A DNA stretch of 36,518 bases from the NCBI GenBank assembly GCA_013152035.1, contig JAADHB010000017.1, positions 1 to 36,518 on the forward strand, in the 5' to 3' direction. Shown one piece after another: positions 18,879-28,061 of this stretch (position 1 is the stretch's first letter; every line of letters starts with the position of its first letter). The translations under genes were made by a program, and so were the position numbers. A model generated the notes under the pieces. The model had not been told where the DNA came from and searched no databases. It was given only the letters and a program-made list of their open reading frames with translations. The stretch comes from a bacterium. Its GTDB lineage: Bacteria > Patescibacteriota > Minisyncoccia > UBA9983.

Positions 18879-19883
18879 ATGAAAACAAAAGAAAAAAAGG
18901 AGCCCAAGAAAACGAATATCGGCGTGGAGAACGCCATACACGAGATCCAGGCGAAATACGGCGAGGGGTCAATAATGAAGCTCGGGGAGGCGAAAAGGGT
19001 TGATGTCGGCGCGATTCCGACGGGGTCGCTCAGTTTGGACACGGCGCTCGGCGTCGGGGGCGTTCCGCAGGGAAGGATTATTGAGGTGTTCGGCCCGGAA
19101 TCGTCCGGAAAAACGACCCTCGCCCTGCATATAGTCGCCGAGGCGCAGAAAAAGGGCGGGGTTTGCGCATTCGTTGACGCGGAACACGCGCTTGATCCGG
19201 AGTACGCCAAGAAAATAGGCGTTAAAATAAACGATCTCCTGATATCCCAGCCGGACACGGGCGAACAGGCGCTTGAAATCGTTGAAAGCTTGGTGCGTTC
19301 AAACGGCATTGATGTGATTGTCATTGATTCAGTCGCCGCCCTCACTCCGAGAGACGAAATAGAGGGGGAGATGGGGGCGCACCATGTGGGAAAACAGGCG
19401 CGATTGATGTCCCAGGCGTTAAGAAAACTCACCGCGATTGTCGCCAAAAGCAAAACGGTGGTTATTTTTATCAATCAAATACGAATGCAGATAGGCGTTT
19501 TCTTCGGAAATCCCGAAACCACTCCCGGAGGGAAGGCGTTGAAATTTTACTCGTCGGTGCGGATTGACGTGCGGAGGGCGGCGCAGATTAAAAAGGGTGA
19601 TGATGTCATCGGCAACAGGGTTCGAGTGAAAATCGTTAAGAATAAGGTCGCTCCCCCGTTCAAAACGGCGGAGTTTGACATTCTTTACAACGAGGGCATC
19701 TCTTACGAGGGCGACATCCTTAATCTTGGAGAAAAATTCGGGATAATCAAGAAGTCCGGGGCTTCCTATTCCTGCGACGGGCAGTCCTTGGGCCGCGGAT
19801 ACGACAACGCGAGGAATTTCCTCAAAGAAAACCCGAAAGTGACGAGTGGGCTGGTGAAGAAAATCAAGGAGGAGCTGAAATAA
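18879..19883 (+). CDS. recA: Recombinase RecA
   Basis: [49 protein letters not shown]. Confidence 0.99.
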   Translation: MKTKEKKEPKKTNIGVENAIHEIQAKYGEGSIMKLGEAKRVDVGAIPTGSLSLDTALGVGGVPQGRIIEVFGPESSGKTTLALHIVAEAQKKGGVCAFVDAEHALDPEYAKKIGVKINDLLISQPDTGEQALEIVESLVRSNGIDVIVIDSVAALTPRDEIEGEMGAHHVGKQARLMSQALRKLTAIVAKSKTVVIFINQIRMQIGVFFGNPETTPGGKALKFYSSVRIDVRRAAQIKKGDDVIGNRVRVKIVKNKVAPPFKTAEFDILYNEGISYEGDILNLGEKFGIIKKSGASYSCDGQSLGRGYDNARNFLKENPKVTSGLVKKIKEELK

Positions 19884-19898
19884 TCGCGAATACAAGAT

Positions 19899-20468
19899 AT
19901 GCTGAATTACAACGAATTAAAACCCGGTGAGAATATCGTTTTGGACGGCCAGCCGTATGTCGTGATGGATTATAAGTTTCTGCGGATGCAGCAGAGAAAG
20001 CCGGTGGCGCAGACGAAAATCAAGAATCTCATCACCGGAAAGACCATTGAGAAAACATTCCAGCAAAACGACAAGATACGGGAGGCGGAAATCGGAATAA
20101 GGGAGATAAAATACCTTTATTCAAACAAGGGCGAGCTTTGGTTCTGCGAAAAAGACGATCCGAGCAAGAGGTTTAAGCTTGAAGAGGATTTGGTCGGCGC
20201 CGGAGCCGACCTGCTGAAGCCGAACTCAATCGTTGACGCCGTTGTTTTTGACGATAAAATAATAGGGGTGAGATTGCCGATTAAGGTTGACTTGAAAGTG
20301 GCGGACGCTCCCCCGGCGGTGAAGGGCGACACCGCGCAAGGGGGCGTGAAGCAGGTGACGCTTGAAACCGGAGCGATAATCACCGCCCCGATGTTCATAA
20401 ACGAAGGCGACATCGTGAGAATAAACACGGAAACGAAAGAATATGTCGAGCGGGTGAAAAAGGAATAA
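19899..20468 (+). CDS. efp: Elongation factor P
   Basis: PAVKGDTAQGGVK, LETGA, PMFINEGD, YVER. Confidence 0.95.
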   Translation: MLNYNELKPGENIVLDGQPYVVMDYKFLRMQQRKPVAQTKIKNLITGKTIEKTFQQNDKIREAEIGIREIKYLYSNKGELWFCEKDDPSKRFKLEEDLVGAGADLLKPNSIVDAVVFDDKIIGVRLPIKVDLKVADAPPAVKGDTAQGGVKQVTLETGAIITAPMFINEGDIVRINTETKEYVERVKKE

Positions 20469-20476
20469 GGGAACGA

Positions 20477-20547
20477 GGGCCTGTAGTATAATGGTAGAAC
20501 ACGGCATTCGCATTGCCGAGATGGGAGTTCGATTCTCCCCAGGTCCA
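20477..20547 (+). tRNA. tRNA-Ala(CGC), CCA not encoded
   Basis: Acceptor GGGCCTG/CAGGTCC with G3:U70; anticodon arm CGGCA-TTCGCAT-TGCCG; T arm GGGAG-TTCGATT-CTCCC. Confidence 0.95.
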
Positions 20548-20584
20548 CAAAGAATTAATGTTTATCTTTGGTTAAACTTAATTT

Positions 20585-20797
20585 ATGGAGAAAACAATCG
20601 GATTAAAAGAGTTTCGCCAAAATATAAGTGAAGTTGCCTTAAAAACCAAACGGGGGCAATCTTTTATTGTCGCCAAACAATCAAAACCCATTTTCAAAAT
20701 CGTTCCCATTATTGAAGAACAGTGGGAAGAAGTTGTTGACTTCACGAAGATAAGAAAAGGCGGGGTAAATATAAAAGATTTGCTGACTCGCTTATAA
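20585..20797 (+). CDS. Phd/YefM-family antitoxin
   Basis: IGLKEFRQNISEV...GQSFIVAKQSKPIFKIVP; directly upstream of a RelE-like gene. Confidence 0.8.
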   Translation: MEKTIGLKEFRQNISEVALKTKRGQSFIVAKQSKPIFKIVPIIEEQWEEVVDFTKIRKGGVNIKDLLTRL

Positions 20798-20804
20798 TTC
20801 GGCT

Positions 20805-21047
20805 ATGGATAAAATAGACAAAGCGCTGAAACGCATGGGTCCCGACGAAAGAAAGGCAATAAAACCTCTTTTGGAAAAAATTCTGAATAATGACTTGTCT
20901 AATTTGGATATTAAAAAACTGAGAGGATATGACGGGGTTTTCAGAATAAGAAAAGGGAATGTGCGGATAATTTATAGAATTGATCAAAGCGACAAAATTT
21001 TCATCATCGCGATTGAAAGAAGGACAAGCAAAACATACAGGTTTTAA
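20805..21047 (+). CDS. RelE/ParE-family toxin
   Basis: DIKKLRG...FRIRKGNVRIIY...IERR..TY. Confidence 0.85.
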   Translation: MDKIDKALKRMGPDERKAIKPLLEKILNNDLSNLDIKKLRGYDGVFRIRKGNVRIIYRIDQSDKIFIIAIERRTSKTYRF

Positions 21048-21054
21048 AACGCCG

Positions 21055-21096
21055 ACAAAAAAACCGGTTCCCTTAACAGGGAACCGGTTTTTTTGT
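21055..21096. terminator. Bidirectional Rho-independent terminator between relE and rpsR
   Basis: ACAAAAAAACCGGTTCCCT-TAAC-AGGGAACCGGTTTTTTTGT. Confidence 0.92.
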
Positions 21097-21106
21097 TTAG
21101 GAGTTT

Positions 21107-21315
21107 TTACCTGCTTACGAACGGCACTAACGCCATGAAGCGGGAGTGTTTTACCGCTTGGGCGAGTTTGCGTTGGTGTTTGGCGCAAATTCCGGTCTGT
21201 TTTCTGGAAACTATTTTTGAAAACGGATCAAGAAAACGCTTAAGATTTTCCGTATCTTTATAGTCAATAACCTTTATATTATTTGTGCAAAAATGCAAAA
21301 ATGACACTGTTTCAT
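21107..21315 (-). CDS. rpsR: 30S ribosomal protein S18, 5' end frameshifted by an 8-bp tandem duplication (21288-21303)
   Basis: IDYKD...TGICAKHQRKLAQAVKHSR; removing one CATTTTTG copy gives MKQCHFCTNNIKVIDYKD from ATG 21315. Confidence 0.95.
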
Positions 21316-21316
21316 A

Positions 21317-21778
21317 TTAGAACGGAATTTCTTCCGGATTTATTTCTTCGTTGGGGTATTCTATTGTTTCCAATTCCTCTTTCTGTCCTCCCCCGCTTTT
21401 TTCTCCCCCCGCCTGCGGCGGCTGCTGCGGCTGACCTCCCTGCCCGCCGGCTCTCCTCGGACCCAGCTGCATTTTTTCAGCGACAATCTCCGTCTTGCTT
21501 TTCTTTGACCCGTCCTGCGCGTCCCACACTCTTGTTTGGATTCTTCCTTCAATAAAAACCGAACTTCCTTTCGTGAGGTACTGCTGGGCGATTTCCGCCT
21601 GCCTGCCAAAAAGGACTATGTTGTGGAACTGGGTGTCTTCCTGCTTCTCTCCGCTCTGGTTTTTCCAAGTCCTGTTCGTGGCGACGCCGAATGTGGCGAG
21701 GGACGCGCCCGAAGGGAGCGTCCGCAGCTCCGGATCTCTGGTTAAATTTCCTATGATAAACGCTTTGTTTAAATTCAT
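21317..21778 (-). CDS. ssb: Single-stranded DNA-binding protein
   Basis: NKAFIIGNLTRDPELR, EGRIQTR, C-terminal EIPF; rpsF-ssb-rpsR order. Confidence 0.98.
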   Translation of the reverse strand: MNLNKAFIIGNLTRDPELRTLPSGASLATFGVATNRTWKNQSGEKQEDTQFHNIVLFGRQAEIAQQYLTKGSSVFIEGRIQTRVWDAQDGSKKSKTEIVAEKMQLGPRRAGGQGGQPQQPPQAGGEKSGGGQKEELETIEYPNEEINPEEIPF

Positions 21779-21793
21779 ATGTTTTATTTACGC

Positions 21794-22252
21794 TTACGCT
21801 CCCAATAATTCCTCTATTTTTTTATCAATCTCCTCCGGCTTAATCTCGGTTTTTATCGCCACTTCCGCTCCGGGGACGGTTTTTTTCCTGAAACCGACGG
21901 GTTTGGACGGTTTTTTCGCCGTCTTTTTGACTGATTCATTTTTTGTTATGTCCAAAATCAAGAAACGCAGAATGTTCGCCTCTTTGTCAAAACCTCCTTT
22001 TATCTCCGCTATCGCGGCGGGGTCGGCGACAAATTTTATCCAGCCGAAATAGGCGGTGTCAAATCTTCCGGAGCCCTTCTTTTGGACGGTATAAGCCAAT
22101 TTTCTGATTCTCGCCCTCTCTTCGCCCATTATAAGGCACTTTTGGGATTCTATCAATCCCCTCAAAGCTGAAATCTCCCCGTCCAGTTTTTCGTCAGGAA
22201 CAAGAGGAGAAAGCAAATAGCCGATTTCGTATGTTTTTGTCTCGTTTTCCAT
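21794..22252 (-). CDS. rpsF: 30S ribosomal protein S6
   Basis: YEIGYLL, RKLAY, ILRFLI; operon context. Confidence 0.92.
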   Translation of the reverse strand: MENETKTYEIGYLLSPLVPDEKLDGEISALRGLIESQKCLIMGEERARIRKLAYTVQKKGSGRFDTAYFGWIKFVADPAAIAEIKGGFDKEANILRFLILDITKNESVKKTAKKPSKPVGFRKKTVPGAEVAIKTEIKPEEIDKKIEELLGA

Positions 22253-22317
22253 TACCCGCTTATCTTAACAGATACGCGCGATTTATGCAACCGAAAAAAT
22301 GTGCTAAAATAAAGACA

Positions 22318-23469
22318 ATGAAAATCAATCCGTCCATATTCAAAGAATACGACATACGGGGCGTTTATCCCGATGAAATCAACGAAAGCGCCGCCTACGC
22401 GCTCGGGGGCGTTTTCGCGGCGCTTTTGAACGCCCAAAAGGGGGATAAAATAGCCGTCGGCAGAGACGGCAGAAAAAGCTCAAAACCTCTCGCCGAGAAT
22501 TTTATAAAGGGCGTTGTTGACGCCGGTGTTGATGTGATTGATATCGGCAAAACAACCACGCCGGTTATGTATTTCGCCGTTTGCTCCATGAAAATCGCCG
22601 GCGGGGCGATGATAACGGCGTCGCATAATCCGGCGAAATACAACGGCGTCAAGTTTTGCGGAGCCGGAGCGAGGCCGATTGGAGGAGAAGAAATCAAAAG
22701 GGCGTTTGAAGCGCGAAAAAAGCCGGCGAAAGCCGGCGAAAAGGGAGAGGTTCGCGAAAAGAACATTAAGGAGCGATACCTCAAAAAAATATACGGCGAT
22801 TTCTCAATGCCGAAAAAACTTCCTTTCTCATACTCGTTTGACAAGGACGCGGACCGCTTAATGCTGAAAGACAAAAAGGGCGCGGCGGTACGCGGAGATC
22901 TTGTTGGAATTCTTATCGGAGAGAACGCGGCGAAGAAAAAAGAAACAATCGTTTACGATTTAAGGTGTTCGCGAAGCGTTCCGAATTATTTCAGAAGCAG
23001 AGGGATCCGCGCCATCCCCTGCAAAACAGGGCATTTGAACATTAAAAACGCGATGAGGAAACACAAAGCGTCTTTCGGAATGGAGATAACCGGCCATTAT
23101 TATTTCAAAAAACTGTGCTATTGCGAATCGCCGGATCTCGCCTTAAGAAAAATAATTGAGCTAATCAAAGAAACGAAAAAAACGCCGTCCCAACTTTTGA
23201 AGCCGTACGAAAAATACCATCATTCCGGAGTGATAAATTTCAAGTTTGAAGACGGGAAAAAATTTGAAGAAATCTGCGAAAAATTGAAAGCAAAATACGA
23301 AAACGGCGCCATAAGTTTTATGGACGGCATAACGGTGGAATTTTCAAATTGGTGGTTCAACCTCCGCCGGTCCCGCACCGAACCGCTCCTGCGGCTCGCG
23401 GCGGAGGCGAACTCGGAAGAGCTTCTGGCGGAAAAGGTAAAAGAAATAAAAGAAGTGGTCGCCGGCTAG
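22318..23469 (+). CDS. Phosphomannomutase/phosphoglucomutase family protein, internally shortened (383 aa)
   Basis: IFKEYDIRG, TASHNP, FDKDADR, EITGHYYF, RRSRTEPLLR. Start is 7 nt after TGcTAAAAT. Confidence 0.88.
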   Translation: MKINPSIFKEYDIRGVYPDEINESAAYALGGVFAALLNAQKGDKIAVGRDGRKSSKPLAENFIKGVVDAGVDVIDIGKTTTPVMYFAVCSMKIAGGAMITASHNPAKYNGVKFCGAGARPIGGEEIKRAFEARKKPAKAGEKGEVREKNIKERYLKKIYGDFSMPKKLPFSYSFDKDADRLMLKDKKGAAVRGDLVGILIGENAAKKKETIVYDLRCSRSVPNYFRSRGIRAIPCKTGHLNIKNAMRKHKASFGMEITGHYYFKKLCYCESPDLALRKIIELIKETKKTPSQLLKPYEKYHHSGVINFKFEDGKKFEEICEKLKAKYENGAISFMDGITVEFSNWWFNLRRSRTEPLLRLAAEANSEELLAEKVKEIKEVVAG

Positions 23470-24227
23470 GCGTTCAGAAACATTTTCATCGCGTTCTGGA
23501 CTGTCGCCTCGGCGACGGCTTCAAAAGAAATCTCCCGGACTTGGGCGATTTTTTTGACGACTTCTCCGACGAACAGCGGTTCGTTCCTCCTCCCCCTATG
23601 CGGAGCCGGGGCGGCGAACGGCGAGTCGGTCTCCGCCATTATTCTGTCCAAGGGCGTTTTTTTGATCACCTCATCATATTCGCTCGTGAAAGTTATCGGT
23701 CCGGCGAATGAAATACTGAAGCCCAGATCAAGATATTGGCGCGCCTCCTCCCAATTGCCGGAAAAGAAATGTATGTCGCCTTTCAGTTTTCCGGCTTTCG
23801 CGGAGAGCATTTTCAGGGCCTCTTTATGCGCCTGCCTGCAGTGGATTATCAGCGGTTTGTTCAATTCCGCCGCCAATTCAATTTGTTTTTCAAAAACGTT
23901 TTTTTGCCTTTCCATGTCGCCCTTTTCCCGCCTGAACATATCCAGCCCGCACTCGCCCATCGCGACCGCTTTTGGATGGCTCGCCAGTTCGCGATAATAT
24001 TCCGTGTCAAATTCCCCTTCATCATCTGTCGGATGCAAACCAACCGCCGCGTAAACATCTTCGTATTTCTCCGCGAGAGCCACCGACTCCAGCGAGGTTT
24101 TCTTGTCGGCCCCGACGCAAATCGTCCAAATGCCGTTTTCCCGCATTTTTTTTATTATTTCATCCCTGTCTCCGTCAAACTGGGGAAAATTCAAATGAGA
24201 ATGTATGTCAAAAAGTTTGGGCGGCAT
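23466..24227 (-). CDS. tatD: TatD-family hydrolase
   Basis: DIHSHL, GLHP, GECGLD, IIHCR, ETDSPF, RNEP. Confidence 0.95.
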   Translation of the reverse strand: MPPKLFDIHSHLNFPQFDGDRDEIIKKMRENGIWTICVGADKKTSLESVALAEKYEDVYAAVGLHPTDDEGEFDTEYYRELASHPKAVAMGECGLDMFRREKGDMERQKNVFEKQIELAAELNKPLIIHCRQAHKEALKMLSAKAGKLKGDIHFFSGNWEEARQYLDLGFSISFAGPITFTSEYDEVIKKTPLDRIMAETDSPFAAPAPHRGRRNEPLFVGEVVKKIAQVREISFEAVAEATVQNAMKMFLNA

Positions 24228-24228
24228 A

Positions 24229-25650
24229 TTATTCCTTGCGGGAAAACAACGATTCCGGCATTTTATTGCCCTCTATCGCTTCGGTTATTTTGCCGGCGGT
24301 TTCCGGCAAAAACGGCGCAAGCATCACCGCGACCCGAGAAAGCCCCGAAACAAGATATTTCAAAATTTCTTTCGCCTTTTCCCTGTCTTCCTTGACGACC
24401 TTGAACGGTTCCGTTTTTTGAATATGCGAATCAAGCTCGGCGATTAAATCCCAAACGACATCAGCCGCCCTGTTTACTTCGCTGTTGTCCATAAATTTGC
24501 GGTAGTCCTCCGGCAGTTCTTCATTTTTGATTTCAATTTTTTCGCCCTCAAAATACTGTTCGCTCATTTTCATAATTCTCGCGGTCAAATTGCCGAGCCC
24601 GTTGGCAAGGTCGGCGTTGTAAACATTTTTGAACCCCTCTCTCGTCATATCGCCGTCCTCAAAAGAGCTTATTTTGCGCGCCAAATAGTAGCGAAGGGCG
24701 TCCGCTCCATACTCGCCAAGCAGTTCGCTCGGAGGAATGGCGTTGCCGAGCGTTTTTGACATTTTTCTCCCTCCGGAAAGAATATGCCCGTGAACATAGA
24801 GTTCTTTCGGAAGAGGCAGTCCGAGATGCGCCAAAAGAGCCGGCCAAATCGTGGCATGGACGCGAAGGATGTCTTTTCCCATCAACTGCAGATCGGGAGG
24901 AAAAAAATCGGGAACACCCCCTCCCCCGTCCCACCCCAAAACGGTCAAGTAATTCAGAAAGGCGTCAAGCCAAACATAAACGGTATGATTTTCATCAAAA
25001 GGAAGCGGTATCCCCCAGGAAACTTTTTCCTTCGGGCGGGAAATTGAAATATCCTCCAATTTGTGTTTTTCCAAAAAAGACAGTATCTCGTTTTTTCTGG
25101 TCCGCGGAGTTATTTTGAGTTCATCCGACTTTATTTTTTTCTCCAGTTCTTCGCCGAATTCCGACATTTTTAAAAGGTAATTTTCTTCCGTTACTATTTC
25201 CGGCTCTTTTTGGTGGTCAGGGCATTTCCCGTCCGACAATTGCGATTTAACCAAAAACTGCTCGCAGCCGGAACAATAAAGCCCTTCGTATTTCCCTTTG
25301 TATATGGCGCCTTTTTCATAAAGATTGTTCAAGGCGGAGCGAACGGCGTTTTTATGCGTTTCGTCCGAAGTCCTGATAAATCCGTCGTAGGAAATATCCA
25401 AATCTTTCCAAAGGTTTTGAAAGACTGCGGAAATTTCGTCCACGAATTTTTGCGGGTCTTTTCCTTCCTCTCCGGCTTTTTTTTGAATTTTCGCTCCGTG
25501 CTCGTCCATACCGGTTGAGAAAAACACTTTTTTGCCGCGCGACCGCGCCCAGCGCGCCAAAATGTCCGCCTTCACCGTCGTGTAGGCGTGCCCGATATGA
25601 GGATTATCGTTGGCGTAATAAATCGGAGTTGTGATAAAAAATTTTTCCAT
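24229..25650 (-). CDS. metG: Methionine--tRNA ligase (short form)
   Basis: ITTPIYY, HIGH, DEHG, YVWLDA, GKDI, KMSKT. Confidence 0.97.
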   Translation of the reverse strand: MEKFFITTPIYYANDNPHIGHAYTTVKADILARWARSRGKKVFFSTGMDEHGAKIQKKAGEEGKDPQKFVDEISAVFQNLWKDLDISYDGFIRTSDETHKNAVRSALNNLYEKGAIYKGKYEGLYCSGCEQFLVKSQLSDGKCPDHQKEPEIVTEENYLLKMSEFGEELEKKIKSDELKITPRTRKNEILSFLEKHKLEDISISRPKEKVSWGIPLPFDENHTVYVWLDAFLNYLTVLGWDGGGGVPDFFPPDLQLMGKDILRVHATIWPALLAHLGLPLPKELYVHGHILSGGRKMSKTLGNAIPPSELLGEYGADALRYYLARKISSFEDGDMTREGFKNVYNADLANGLGNLTARIMKMSEQYFEGEKIEIKNEELPEDYRKFMDNSEVNRAADVVWDLIAELDSHIQKTEPFKVVKEDREKAKEILKYLVSGLSRVAVMLAPFLPETAGKITEAIEGNKMPESLFSRKE

Positions 25651-25688
25651 CAGAAAATGTTTCCCGCCCGGCGGCTAAAAAGAAGAAC

Positions 25689-26732
25689 TTAAGATTTGAT
25701 GCCCTTTTCTTTTTCAATATCGCTCAAAAATTCAAAAAGGACGGCGACAATCGGGATGGACAAAAGGATGCCGAAGAATCCCCCCAACTGCGCGCCGACA
25801 AGAAGAGCGAGGATTGTTATTATCGGAGGAACGCCGACCGTTTTTCTTACGACAAGCGGGTAAATGAGATGATTTTCAAACTGCTGGATAATCACGAACA
25901 AAACCACGACCGCCAGCGCCAGCGAGGGGCTCTGCAGAAAAGCTATGGCTATCGGCGGTATTGAAGCCATAATCGGGCCGAAAATCGGTATCAATTCAAA
26001 CACTGCGGCAAGCAGGGCGAAAGTCAGCGCGTACGGAACGCGCAAGATAGTCAATCCGAGAAAAACAAGGACTCCTATCAGGATGCCGAGGAGTACTTGC
26101 CCCTTCAGCCATCCTCCTATTTTATCGCGAGATCTCAGCCAGAGCCCGATGGCGTATTTTTCCTGGCTCCTCGGAACAATTATTCTCAAGAAATTCTCAA
26201 TCCCCTTTTCCTGAACCGCCAAATAAAAGGAGAGGATTACTATAAGCACGAACGACATCGCTCCTCCGAATATGGTGGCTGTCGCCTGGAAAAAACCGCT
26301 TGTTAGCCCGCCCACGAATTTTTTGGCGCTCTCGGCGAATCCGAGAAGAAGCCCTGATATTGATTCCGGCAATTCGGGCAGGAATTTGCCTATGACACCG
26401 TTTTCAAACGGCTTGTCCAGATAAGAAGGCACTGTGGACGCCAAATTTGAAAGCTCGGAAAAAATCGGCGGAATGACGAGGTAGAACATAAAGCCGAGGA
26501 TGGAGAAGGCGATTAAATAAACGAATATCACCGCCAGAACCCGAGGCACTTTATATCTCTGAAACCAGCGCGCCGCCGGCTCCACCCCCGAGGCGACAAC
26601 CACGGAAAAAAGAACCACTGCCGCCAAATCGCGAAGGTAGTAAAGGAAGGCGATAAGCAGAACAATAAGAATCGCCCTGAAAAAAGTGCCCGTTGTTATG
26701 TTTACCGTTATGTTTTTGCCGTTGTTGTCCAT
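25689..26732 (-). CDS. AI-2E family transporter (UPF0118)
   Basis: Multi-TM; ELIPIFGP, QQFENHLIYP, GILLSIP. Confidence 0.92.
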   Translation of the reverse strand: MDNNGKNITVNITTGTFFRAILIVLLIAFLYYLRDLAAVVLFSVVVASGVEPAARWFQRYKVPRVLAVIFVYLIAFSILGFMFYLVIPPIFSELSNLASTVPSYLDKPFENGVIGKFLPELPESISGLLLGFAESAKKFVGGLTSGFFQATATIFGGAMSFVLIVILSFYLAVQEKGIENFLRIIVPRSQEKYAIGLWLRSRDKIGGWLKGQVLLGILIGVLVFLGLTILRVPYALTFALLAAVFELIPIFGPIMASIPPIAIAFLQSPSLALAVVVLFVIIQQFENHLIYPLVVRKTVGVPPIITILALLVGAQLGGFFGILLSIPIVAVLFEFLSDIEKEKGIKS

Positions 26733-26735
26733 TTT

Positions 26736-28022
26736 TTATATTTCACTGAATAACTTTTTGTAATACTCCTCTTTTTTCTTCGCGCCGTTATGCCGGCCGA
26801 TTGCCGCCATAACGATTTTCTCCGGACGGAAGATGTCTCCGGCTACCTTTAGAATATCATTCTGGCTGACTTTTTCAATCTTTTTCAATATCTCATCCGG
26901 CTGGAGAATTTTTTTGTAGAAAAGGTCCTGCTCGCCGTAAAAATCCGCCACATGGTCGGTTGTCTCAAGCCCCAGCGCCATTTGCCCCCTTATGTAACTT
27001 TTCGCGTCGTTCAAAACCTTGAGGGGAACCTTATTTTCTTTCAAATCCGACAATATGCCCTTTATTTTTTCAACCGTTTTTCGCAGGTTGGCGTGCGAAA
27101 CCCCCGCCCTGAGATATAAAAGTCCGGTGTCGGTTTGCAGCCAGTCGTCGCTTCCGACATAATAGGCGAGCCCGTTTTTCTCCCTTATTTCCGAATAAAG
27201 AAGCGACGAGGAATTTCCCCCCAAAATGACGGACAGGACGCCGAGCGCGTGGCGCCGTTCGTCAAACATATCAAACGCCTTCAGTCCGATCGCCAGATGG
27301 GTTTGGTCGCTCTTTTTGCTGAAAATTTCAATTCGCGGGGATTTTTGCTTTTCCTTCGTTTTCGGGGCGGAGATTTTCGCGCCCTTCTTTATTCCGGAAA
27401 ACGCCGCTTCTATTTTCTCAAAAACTTTTTCCGGACTGATTTTCCCCGCCACCACGATTTCCATATTTTTCGCGGTGTAATTGTCGGCGCGATATTTCAA
27501 AATGTCGGAACGCTTTATCGCGCCGACGGTTTCTTTTTTTCCGAGGACGCTTCTCCCCGCCGGCTGGTTCCCGAACGCCGAACGGAGCAGCAATTCCATT
27601 ACTTTCCGCTGGGGCAAATCCTCGTACATCGCTATCTCCTGCAAAATAACGCCGCGCTCTTTTTCCATTTCCTCCTCATTAAAAATAGGATTTAAAATAA
27701 GGTCGGAAATGACATCAAGCCCCGTGTCAAAATACTTCGCCGCCAATTTGACCCAAAAACCCGTTATTTCGTAACCGGTAAAGGCGTTGTGGCTCGCCCC
27801 CACTCTGTCCAACTCCTTGTATATGTCGCTCGCGGTCGGGCGGTTTTTCGTGCCCTTAAAAAACAGATGCTCCAGAAAATGGGAAATTCCGCCAAGCCGT
27901 TCGCTTTCGTTTTTCGCCCCGACGCCGACCAAAACTTGAATGGTCACCGCCTCGGAATTTTTCATAGGCGCGGCGACAACGCGCAGACCGTTGCTCAAAA
28001 TCTTTTTTTCAAATCTGACCAT
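26736..28022 (-). CDS. M16 (pitrilysin) family zinc peptidase
   Basis: GISHFLEHLFFKGT (HxxEH), NAFT, ERGVILQE, EIREKNGLAY. Confidence 0.95.
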   Translation of the reverse strand: MVRFEKKILSNGLRVVAAPMKNSEAVTIQVLVGVGAKNESERLGGISHFLEHLFFKGTKNRPTASDIYKELDRVGASHNAFTGYEITGFWVKLAAKYFDTGLDVISDLILNPIFNEEEMEKERGVILQEIAMYEDLPQRKVMELLLRSAFGNQPAGRSVLGKKETVGAIKRSDILKYRADNYTAKNMEIVVAGKISPEKVFEKIEAAFSGIKKGAKISAPKTKEKQKSPRIEIFSKKSDQTHLAIGLKAFDMFDERRHALGVLSVILGGNSSSLLYSEIREKNGLAYYVGSDDWLQTDTGLLYLRAGVSHANLRKTVEKIKGILSDLKENKVPLKVLNDAKSYIRGQMALGLETTDHVADFYGEQDLFYKKILQPDEILKKIEKVSQNDILKVAGDIFRPEKIVMAAIGRHNGAKKKEEYYKKLFSEI

Positions 28023-28061
28023 AAGCCCATGATAGCACAAAAGCCCGGATTTGTTTTTGCC

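Noticed and set aside
18863-19895. Minus-strand ORFs over recA
   Set aside because: Antisense to a highly conserved gene, with no recognisable motifs.
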